Shown here: in pieces, positions 15,776 to 21,187 of the stretch
How positions within the stretch are numbered: the stretch's first letter is position 1
How the letters are laid out: each line of letters opens with the position of its first letter
Source: a virus
Lineage: Duplodnaviria; Heunggongvirae; Uroviricota; Caudoviricetes
DNA length: 27,394 nucleotides
Reading direction: 5' to 3' (one strand)
Virus record (IMG/VR): IMGVR_UViG_3300036760_000193
Coordinates: 1 to 27,394 of that record
Position numbers and translations under genes: made by a program
The notes under the pieces: generated by a model
Databases searched by the model: none
Seen by the model: the letters and a program-made list of their open reading frames with translations, nothing else
What the model was told of the DNA's origin: nothing

Positions 15776-15885
15776 TATACGCTTTACCGTATAAACTACT
15801 TTTATACGCTTTCGCGTATATTCCCGTTCGGGAATAAATTATCAAAAAAGCCACTTATAATTTCAAATATTCCCGTTCGGGAATA
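15776..15885. repeat. Four 18-bp palindromes (2x TATACG-N6-CGTATA, 2x TATTCCCGTTCGGGAATA)
   Basis: At 15776-15793, 15803-15820, 15819-15836 and 15868-15885. Confidence 0.9.
15838..15866 (-). promoter_or_regulatory. Internal promoter bracketed by palindromes
   Basis: TTGAAA-17 nt-GATAAT lying between the two TATTCCCG palindromes. Confidence 0.6.
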
Positions 15886-15890
15886 AAATC

Positions 15891-15964
15891 TGGTGGGTTC
15901 AGAGAGACTTGAACTCTCATTAATCGGGTAAGAACCGATTATTCTGCCTTTGAATTATGAACCC
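15891..15964 (-). tRNA. tRNA-Lys(CTT)
   Basis: GGGTTCA/TGAACCC, loop TTCTTAC, CCA. Confidence 0.92.
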
Positions 15965-16040
15965 TGGCACCCTCGGTGAGATTCGAACTCACATCACGCT
16001 CCTTAGAAGGGAGGTATCTGTCCAGTTGAACTACAAGGGT
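15965..16040 (-). tRNA. tRNA-Arg(TCT)
   Basis: ACCCTTG/CGAGGGT, loop CTTCTAA, CCA. Confidence 0.92.
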
Positions 16041-16041
16041 A

Positions 16042-16113
16042 TGCCCTGACTGAGACTCGAACTCAGACATCCCGCTTAGGATGCGGGTGCTCTTCCAATT
16101 TAGCTATCAGGGC
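16042..16113 (-). tRNA. tRNA-Arg(CCT), no CCA
   Basis: GCCCTGA/TCAGGGC, loop ATCCTAA. Confidence 0.9.
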
Positions 16114-16260
16114 TTCTTCTTTCACTGCGTAAAGTCTTCGTCCAGAACATCCTATGCTCCAAACTTTTCTGCATACAATGCAACTCATCCACCGATGGTA
16201 TGGTTTAGAGTCGAACACGTTAAACTTGTTCTCGCAATCACACAATATTTTATCACTCAT
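16063..16260 (-). CDS. Small Cys-rich protein whose 3' end runs into tRNA-Arg(CCT)
   Basis: CDC...CIVC; fills the gap between two Arg tRNA pairs. Confidence 0.5.
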   Translation of the reverse strand: MSDKILCDCENKFNVFDSKPYHRWMSCIVCRKVWSIGCSGRRLYAVKEEALIAKLEEHPHPKRDV

Positions 16261-16264
16261 AAAA

Positions 16265-16339
16265 TGGTGCCCTCGGTTGGAATCGAACCAACATCATCTC
16301 TTTCGTAGAGAGACATCCTATCCGTTGAACGACGAAGGC
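16265..16339 (-). tRNA. tRNA-Arg(ACG)
   Basis: GCCTTCG/CGAGGGC, loop CTACGAA, CCA. Confidence 0.9.
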
Positions 16340-16341
16340 TA

Positions 16342-16414
16342 AGCCCCAAGCAAGACTCGAACTTGCAACCGTCTGGTTCGAAGCCAGACACTCTTCCAAT
16401 TGAGCTATTGGGGC
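16342..16414 (-). tRNA. tRNA-Arg(TCG), no CCA
   Basis: GCCCCAA/TTGGGGC, loop CTTCGAA. Confidence 0.9.
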
Positions 16415-16489
16415 GGCTCCGCACGTTGGACTCGAACCAACATAGTTCCGGTTAACAGCCGGACTCCTTACCAATTAGGATAATGCGGA
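16415..16489 (-). tRNA. tRNA-Asn(GTT), ends in CC
   Basis: TCCGCAT/GTGCGGA, loop CTGTTAA, G73-CC then the next tRNA. Confidence 0.92.
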
Positions 16490-16490
16490 A

Positions 16491-16580
16491 TGGTGCGTTG
16501 AGTAGGATTCGAACCTACAATGCCCCTTAACGGAGTCCTGGTTTACAGCCAGGTGGTTTCAACCATTTACCTATCAACGC
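16491..16580 (-). tRNA. tRNA-Tyr(GTA)
   Basis: GCGTTGA/TCAACGC, loop CTGTAAA, long V-arm, A73, CCA. Confidence 0.92.
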
Positions 16581-16581
16581 T

Positions 16582-16658
16582 TGGTGCGAACGGAGAGATT
16601 CGAACTCTCACTAAGTCGCTCTTAAGGCGACCGACTCTGCCAGTTGGTCTACGTTCGC
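16582..16658 (-). tRNA. tRNA-Leu(TAA), short variable loop
   Basis: GCGAACG/CGTTCGC, loop CTTAAGA, V=TTAGT, CCA. Confidence 0.9.
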
Positions 16659-16733
16659 TGGTGCCAACGGTCGGAATTGAACCGACTGCCTCCTCGTCTT
16701 CAGCGAGGCACTCTACCGATGAGTTACGTTGGC
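16659..16733 (-). tRNA. tRNA-Phe(GAA)
   Basis: GCCAACG/CGTTGGC, loop CTGAAGA, CCA. Confidence 0.93.
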
Positions 16734-16823
16734 GGCGGAGACCACTGATCCCGACTCAGAACCACATTTTCTGTGATCGCTCGGTTTAGCAAACCGGCCT
16801 GGCTCCCCGCCAGTTTAGTCTCC
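16734..16823 (-). tRNA. tRNA-Ser(GCT), 8/4 allo-tRNA-like fold, ends in CC
   Basis: GGAGACTA/TGGTCTCC 8 bp; T-arm CTGA-GTCGGGA-TCAG; D-stem CTGGC/GCCAG; loop TTGCTAA; long V-arm; G73. Confidence 0.8.
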
Positions 16824-17009
16824 AACTTTTACTGCTACAATATCTTTGTTAAGCTCACAATCTTTTTCAGAACATCCCATACCACGGGAACTATAACAGA
16901 TCACATGAAAGCGGCTTCCATTAGCATAGATGTGCTCTACTGTTCCGTCTTTCTTTTGAAATACGGGCAATGCTTCCCACTCATTAAAAATGCTGATGTA
17001 TCTTGCCAT
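16815..17009 (-). CDS. Small hypothetical protein
   Basis: 64 aa; AAGGA RBS; stop lies inside tRNA-Ser(GCT). Confidence 0.6.
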   Translation of the reverse strand: MARYISIFNEWEALPVFQKKDGTVEHIYANGSRFHVICYSSRGMGCSEKDCELNKDIVAVKVGD

Positions 17010-17010
17010 T

Positions 17011-17616
17011 TTACTTTTCCTTTTTCAATTCAGTATCCCAGTAGCATGAATCAATAACTTTCTGCCATGCCGTTCTGATTGGCATATGTGGAGGGAACTC
17101 TATAAATGTCATCGCTCCTTTCCACGCAGGTCTACTTGGTTTCGCCAAAAGGTGCATATTAGCTTCTTCTGGTGTCCTGTCTTTCTTTCTTGAGTTACAC
17201 TCGATGCAAGCTGTAACGATATTTGTCCAATCTGTTTTTCCACCGCGAGACCTTGGAATTACATGATCCAAATTCAAATCTGCACTGTGAAACTTGTTAC
17301 CACAGTAAGCGCATTTGTGACCATAGTGCTGATAGATGTTGCGCCTTGAAAACTTCACTTCTCTCTTAGGTAGCCTGTCAAATTTATTTAAGCGAATGAT
17401 ATCTGGAACAGCAATCTTAACCCGTGGTGAATTCACAAACCCATTTGGACTGTCTTTCATGGCTGCTGAAAGCTCTGCCCAACTCTCAAAATTATAGTTG
17501 ACGTATTGGTCATCCAAAGCTTCTGCTAGACCTTGGTACATGAGAGACACAGCTTTCTTCCAATCCACAATTTGGATTGCATAGTAATTTCTGTTTAGCA
17601 CCAAGACATCATTCAT
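17011..17616 (-). CDS. HNH endonuclease (McrA-like/HNH_5 family)
   Basis: VLVLNRNY, FSRRNIY...CAYCG, LNLDHVIPRSRGG, WTNIVTACIECNSRKKDRTPEEA; GAGGTG RBS. Confidence 0.93.
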   Translation of the reverse strand: MNDVLVLNRNYYAIQIVDWKKAVSLMYQGLAEALDDQYVNYNFESWAELSAAMKDSPNGFVNSPRVKIAVPDIIRLNKFDRLPKREVKFSRRNIYQHYGHKCAYCGNKFHSADLNLDHVIPRSRGGKTDWTNIVTACIECNSRKKDRTPEEANMHLLAKPSRPAWKGAMTFIEFPPHMPIRTAWQKVIDSCYWDTELKKEK

Positions 17617-17625
17617 ATCTCACCT

Positions 17626-17690
17626 CATTATCACGTTTATTATCACATTATCACGTTTATTATCACATTATCACGTTTATTATCACATTA
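17626..17690. repeat. 20-bp tandem repeat, 3.25 perfect copies
   Basis: (CATTATCACGTTTATTATCA)x3 + CATTA immediately upstream of the HNH RBS. Confidence 0.95.
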
Positions 17691-17735
17691 CCCAATTCAT
17701 TACCTAGTTCCACGAATTGTTACCTAATTCAAATT

Positions 17736-17810
17736 TGGGGCGATGGACGGGGATTGAACCCGCTTCTCTGGCTTCACAAACCAGCACTTTACCATTAAGC
17801 TACCAACGCC
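17736..17810 (-). tRNA. tRNA-His(GTG)
   Basis: Encoded G-1 and C73, loop TTGTGAA, CCA. Confidence 0.93.
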
Positions 17811-17852
17811 ATTCCATCCGCACCCGATGGGCACGAATGGAGTGCTACAAAT

Positions 17853-17916
17853 ATTAATGATCGTTTATAGTCTACCATACTTTCGTTCTTTTGTCAAGAT
17901 ATAAATGATCGTTTAT
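17853..17916. promoter_or_regulatory. Pair of near-palindromic operators AT(T/A)AATGATCGTTTAT
   Basis: 16-mers at 17853-17868 and 17901-17916 flanking a promoter. Confidence 0.7.
17869..17897 (-). promoter_or_regulatory. sigma70-type promoter for the His-onward tRNA block
   Basis: TTGACA-17 nt-TAGACT. Confidence 0.8.
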
Positions 17917-17922
17917 GAAAAT

Positions 17923-17998
17923 TGGTGGGTTCGGTGGGCAACGATCCCACAACCTTCCGGTTAAAAGCCGGCTGCTCCGCCAATTGAGCTACAAACCC
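17923..17998 (-). tRNA. tRNA-Lys(TTT), aberrant T-loop
   Basis: GGGTTTG/CGAACCC, loop CTTTTAA, T-loop ATCGTTG, CCA. Confidence 0.9.
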
Positions 17999-18049
17999 TA
18001 CGAGGAAGTTTTATTTAACGGTGTTTCGTCCCCTCACTCCACCCCAAAC

Positions 18050-18166
18050 TTATTTCCAGTCAATCTTACCAGTTTCAAGAACCTTGGACACTTCATTTCT
18101 GTTCAGATACCCAATCCAGAAACCCGCCCAATATCCCGCAACCAGTCCAACAAGTAACAACAACAT
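18050..18166 (-). CDS. Small single-pass membrane peptide (38 aa)
   Basis: AAAGGAG RBS; MLLLLVGLVAGYWAGFWIGYLNRNEVSKVLETGKIDWK. Confidence 0.65.
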   Translation of the reverse strand: MLLLLVGLVAGYWAGFWIGYLNRNEVSKVLETGKIDWK

Positions 18167-18187
18167 GTTATTCTCCTTTACTACAAA

Positions 18188-18263
18188 TGGTCTGAGTGAC
18201 AGGAATTGAACCTGCTGCCTCCCAGTTCCAAGCCGGGCCGTCTACCGATGACATTACACTCAG
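18188..18263 (-). tRNA. tRNA-Pro(TGG)
   Basis: CTGAGTG/CACTCAG, loop CTTGGAA, CCA. Confidence 0.92.
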
Positions 18264-18266
18264 GTA

Positions 18267-18337
18267 CTCCCTCGTAAGGACTCGAACCTCAATGACCAGA
18301 TTCAGAGTCTGGCATCTTGCCATTAGATGACAAGGGA
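18267..18337 (-). tRNA. tRNA-Gln(CTG), no CCA
   Basis: TCCCTTG/CGAGGGA (U1-A72), loop CTCTGAA, G73. Confidence 0.92.
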
Positions 18338-18739
18338 ATTTTTCTTTCTACTATTACGTCCTGCAAAAGTTTCTGTTTGACTATGACAATTGGGGCAAAG
18401 CAATCTTAGGTTTTCAATACGTTGATCGTTCTTTTTTCCATTAATGTGATCTAATTGCAAAGATAACAATTTATCTAACCAAGTTTTGATACCACAAATA
18501 TAACATTCTGGTTTTAACAATCTCACCTCAATCAATCTCTTTTTCAAATTACGCCTATTGACAGGTCTGTCTTGAACCAATAATTCTTCTAAAGGTATTC
18601 TATTATCTTTAGTTGTAATTCGTTTTGCCAAAATAGCTTTATACCAAGTTTGTCGTGCCATACCAAAATAACGAATCGTTTCCATAGCACTGTGACTTAA
18701 TTCGTAATAAGCTCTTACTTTTTTCCAATCATATTTCAT
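18323..18739 (-). CDS. HNH homing-endonuclease-like protein
   Basis: Start MKYDWKK (18739); ECYICG, LQLDHINGKKND.RIENLRLLCPNCHSQT. Confidence 0.9.
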   Translation of the reverse strand: MKYDWKKVRAYYELSHSAMETIRYFGMARQTWYKAILAKRITTKDNRIPLEELLVQDRPVNRRNLKKRLIEVRLLKPECYICGIKTWLDKLLSLQLDHINGKKNDQRIENLRLLCPNCHSQTETFAGRNSRKKNSLVI

Positions 18740-18743
18740 AAAA

Positions 18744-18819
18744 TGGTTCGAGAGATACGATTCGGACGTATATCTTCCTCGTTCAAAGCGAGGCGAGTTA
18801 CCAATTACTCTACTCTCGA
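18744..18819 (-). tRNA. tRNA-Gln(TTG)
   Basis: TCGAGAG/CTCTCGA, loop CTTTGAA, T-loop TCCGAAT, A73, CCA. Confidence 0.88.
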
Positions 18820-18871
18820 AATACACGCCCAAATTGCGCTCCGTGTGTGACCGTTCTGCGTGGCGTGTTTG

Positions 18872-19183
18872 TTATAAAGCATTCATTGAATAATAGCTGC
18901 GAACTGCTTCTTCAAATGATTTCTCAACCTTCTTTGCATCTTCTTCAAATTCATCATAAGCGACCAAGACATCTACAAACCAAAATTTATCATAATCCAA
19001 AAATCTACAGTATCCACCTGTTGCCCAAAAGTCTGTTACTTCTTTTGGTGGGTTCCACCACCCGTGCATATTAGTGAACGCCCCCTGTACTGGCGTCACC
19101 TTCTCTGGGAGTGAGAAAAACCCAATTCCCTTTGATCGTCTCTTGCACCAACCCAGGTACAATTTTTTCAGTTTGTGAAACAT
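18872..19183 (-). CDS. Hypothetical protein
   Basis: 103 aa between tRNA genes. Confidence 0.65.
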   Translation of the reverse strand: MFHKLKKLYLGWCKRRSKGIGFFSLPEKVTPVQGAFTNMHGWWNPPKEVTDFWATGGYCRFLDYDKFWFVDVLVAYDEFEEDAKKVEKSFEEAVRSYYSMNAL

Positions 19184-19187
19184 AAAT

Positions 19188-19280
19188 TGGTAGACTCACT
19201 CGGATTCGAACCGAGATACCGCCCTCATCTAGGGCTTAACCAGGTATAAGCTGGACGCACTGCCGTTGTGCTATGAGTCC
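19188..19280 (-). tRNA. tRNA-Ile(TAT) with long variable arm
   Basis: GGACTCA/TGAGTCT, loop CTTATAC, V-arm GCCCT-AGATG-AGGGC, A73, CCA. Confidence 0.85.
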
Positions 19281-19283
19281 AAA

Positions 19284-19354
19284 TCGACACGGGAAGAATC
19301 GGACTTCCATTAGGCAGTTATCAACCGCCCGTTCTGCCATTGAACTACATGTCG
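19284..19354 (-). tRNA. tRNA-Ile(GAT), no CCA
   Basis: CGACATG/CGTGTCG, loop TTGATAA, T-loop TCCGATT. Confidence 0.9.
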
Positions 19355-19428
19355 TGGCGGAGTATACGGGTAACGCTCCCGTGCTGTCAGCTTGACAAGC
19401 TGGTATGCTACTATTACATCAATACTCC
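19355..19428 (-). tRNA. tRNA-Asp(GTC), aberrant D and T loops
   Basis: GGAGTAT/ATACTCC, loop TTGTCAA, G73, CCA; D-loop AATAGTA, T-loop AGCGTTA. Confidence 0.88.
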
Positions 19429-19574
19429 AAATTGTGCCTGACAATCGGGAGCACTCCGGCTCCATTCCCCTGTGTTCATGGGGTCAACTGCAAGGACTTA
19501 CCTTGAATTCTTTTTGCGGTCGGGGATTGCAACCCCGAAATGCTTAGGGAACGCCGCGCTAAAGAACTAGAAAT

Positions 19575-19651
19575 TGGTGGGCATAGAAAGACTCGAACTT
19601 TCAAAATTCCGTTTCTAAAACGGACGTGTCTGCCAATTGCACCATATGCCC
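19575..19651 (-). tRNA. tRNA-Leu(TAG), short variable loop
   Basis: GGGCATA/TATGCCC, loop TTTAGAA, V=ATTTT, CCA. Confidence 0.9.
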
Positions 19652-19654
19652 TTG

Positions 19655-19744
19655 TGAATAAGATTGGATTTGAACCAATAATTTACCACCATTATCACTG
19701 AACACCCGTGTTGGTGATAGCGTCTGCCATTCCGCCACTTATCC
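19655..19744 (-). ncRNA. Leu-type tRNA body with no canonical anticodon loop
   Basis: GGATAAG/CTTATTC, Leu D-arm GCGGAATGGCAGACGC, canonical T-arm, 15-nt anticodon insert. Confidence 0.7.
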
Positions 19745-19820
19745 TGGTGGAGATGACAGGATTCGAACCTGCTACCCCCTCGTTGCAAACGAGGTGCTCT
19801 CCCAATTGAGCTACATCCCC
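19745..19820 (-). tRNA. tRNA-Ala(TGC)
   Basis: G3.U70, loop TTTGCAA, fully canonical, CCA. Confidence 0.96.
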
Positions 19821-19829
19821 AGATACTAC

Positions 19830-19858
19830 ATTATACATCATTTTCTACAAAAAGTCAA
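19830..19858 (-). promoter_or_regulatory. Main promoter of the tRNA array
   Basis: TTGACT-17 nt-TATAAT with TG extension; tRNA-Ala starts 10 nt downstream. Confidence 0.88.
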
Positions 19859-19861
19859 CTG

Positions 19862-19905
19862 AAAATAAAAAGACCGATTCTCGCTTGATTCGGGAACCGG
19901 TCTTT
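19862..19905 (-). terminator. Intrinsic terminator insulating the tRNA promoter
   Basis: AAAGACCG...CGGTCTTT hairpin followed by TTATTTT on the minus strand, directly before the -35. Confidence 0.75.
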
Positions 19906-19938
19906 GTTTTATATTTGTCTTTGAAACCGACGTTCCCT

Positions 19939-20148
19939 TTATTCTTCTCCTGGCTTTTTGCCTTGAGCGGCTGTATTGAGACCCAGAGGAGATAAAATAT
20001 ACCCTACGCGCTCTCTATCACTAGAGACCGTGCTAAACGGCATATTTATATGCGACCATTGTTTTAGGTTCACTTTCTTTCTCCACTTTTTAGTCTCGTA
20101 CAACCCGAAAATAAAGGGTATGTAAAAGTTATAATAATGTACGACCAT
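19939..20148 (-). CDS. Hypothetical protein (uncertain)
   Basis: 69 aa, no clear RBS. Confidence 0.35.
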   Translation of the reverse strand: MVVHYYNFYIPFIFGLYETKKWRKKVNLKQWSHINMPFSTVSSDRERVGYILSPLGLNTAAQGKKPGEE

Positions 20149-20179
20149 ACTACACTAACATTCGAAAATATTATACGTT

Positions 20180-20542
20180 TCAGACTTTGAAATCGCCTTC
20201 TGTTTTTTGCCTGTGTTCCTCAATCAACTCCACGGCTCTCAACAAATCTGTTCCAATGTTCTCAAATCTCACAGCCAGGCACTCTAGAAATGGCAACTCC
20301 CCGCGCTTCGGACTGGGCACCCACCTATGAACTCCATTAATGATCCTGACATAGGTGTCCTCTTTGTCTTTTTCTTTTGCCCTGAATACCATCCCAACAA
20401 AAATCTTAGGGTTCTCTTTCAACTTCGTGTACAAAAAATTGTATGGGGATACTGACACCCGCCAGCCGCCCCCTGCGTCAAAATTTGTATCGGCAACAAC
20501 TGCTTTAAGGATTATCGGTTCTTCCAGTGTCAGAATACTCAT
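20180..20542 (-). CDS. Hypothetical protein
   Basis: 120 aa with GGGAG RBS. Confidence 0.65.
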   Translation of the reverse strand: MSILTLEEPIILKAVVADTNFDAGGGWRVSVSPYNFLYTKLKENPKIFVGMVFRAKEKDKEDTYVRIINGVHRWVPSPKRGELPFLECLAVRFENIGTDLLRAVELIEEHRQKTEGDFKV

Positions 20543-20789
20543 CTGGTTTCTCCCGTAAACAATCTACTTCTTCAAGCATCGCACATAGTTCCAACACCGA
20601 CATTCTCTCCCCAATGATAGACTTCAAGGATTCTACAACAAACTGTCGGTCTTTATTATTGTACATATAATCCATGAGAATGTCAACAACAAAATTTCTA
20701 TCAATCCTTGGTTCCCCTTCTTCGGTATTATCCAATAGGCGAGGTCCAAGTACCTCGTCAAGAACTTTATGAATCCTCTCAAGCGTCAT
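20505..20789 (-). CDS. Hypothetical protein
   Basis: Start moved to MTLERIHK (20789), coupled to upstream stop. Confidence 0.6.
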   Translation of the reverse strand: MTLERIHKVLDEVLGPRLLDNTEEGEPRIDRNFVVDILMDYMYNNKDRQFVVESLKSIIGERMSVLELCAMLEEVDCLREKPDEYSDTGRTDNP

Positions 20790-21174
20790 TTTTAATAGCC
20801 TTCCTAACGGCACGGGCTTTCTCAAGCACCGCTGCCTTCTTTGCTTTGTCTTCATCAGACAAAACTTTCTTCCTGAACAATTTAAGAACCTGCAAGGCCA
20901 CTTGTGTATCTGTATCAGGAATCAAAAACACTGTGGCGTCATCTGCATCCTGTAAAACTTTCCAGGTGTGCTGCCGCCTTACCTTCGCGGCAATCTTAGA
21001 ACCTGTCACTGCTATGGCGATCTGCGAAACATTGTGTGGATATGCGTACCCATATTTTCCGCGCAACTCCAAATACCGCCACTTCTCTTGGGTCTTACTT
21101 GGCATTGTTTCCGCCTTATAAGCGTCATCAACAAATATCTTGAACTTACGACCATACTTGGCCTCGAAGTCCAT
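20779..21174 (-). CDS. Hypothetical protein
   Basis: AGGAGG RBS before MDFEAKY (21174). Confidence 0.7.
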   Translation of the reverse strand: MDFEAKYGRKFKIFVDDAYKAETMPSKTQEKWRYLELRGKYGYAYPHNVSQIAIAVTGSKIAAKVRRQHTWKVLQDADDATVFLIPDTDTQVALQVLKLFRKKVLSDEDKAKKAAVLEKARAVRKAIKNDA

Positions 21175-21187
21175 AATGTGTACCTCC

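Noticed and set aside
15193-16789. ORFs spanning the tRNA array (15264-15461, 15354-15854, 15496-15762, 16253-16474, 16520-16789)
   Set aside because: They are read-throughs of tRNA sequence; the cloverleaves explain the DNA
17626-17690. CRISPR array
   Set aside because: Direct tandem copies without spacers; no cas genes in the window
18000-18050. Hammerhead ribozyme (GAG...GACGAAAC)
   Set aside because: The CUGANGA core is missing
18740-18832. N-terminal extension of the 169-aa HNH ORF
   Set aside because: Overlaps tRNA-Gln(TTG); the real start is 18739
19430-19500. Pistol ribozyme (resemblance of TAAGTCC...TTGAC/GTCAGGC)
   Set aside because: No P1 hairpin with the pseudoknot-forming loop could be built
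10936-19820. Prophage attachment site or integrase at a tRNA
   Set aside because: No integrase and no duplicated tRNA 3' end in the window; the array looks like phage cargo
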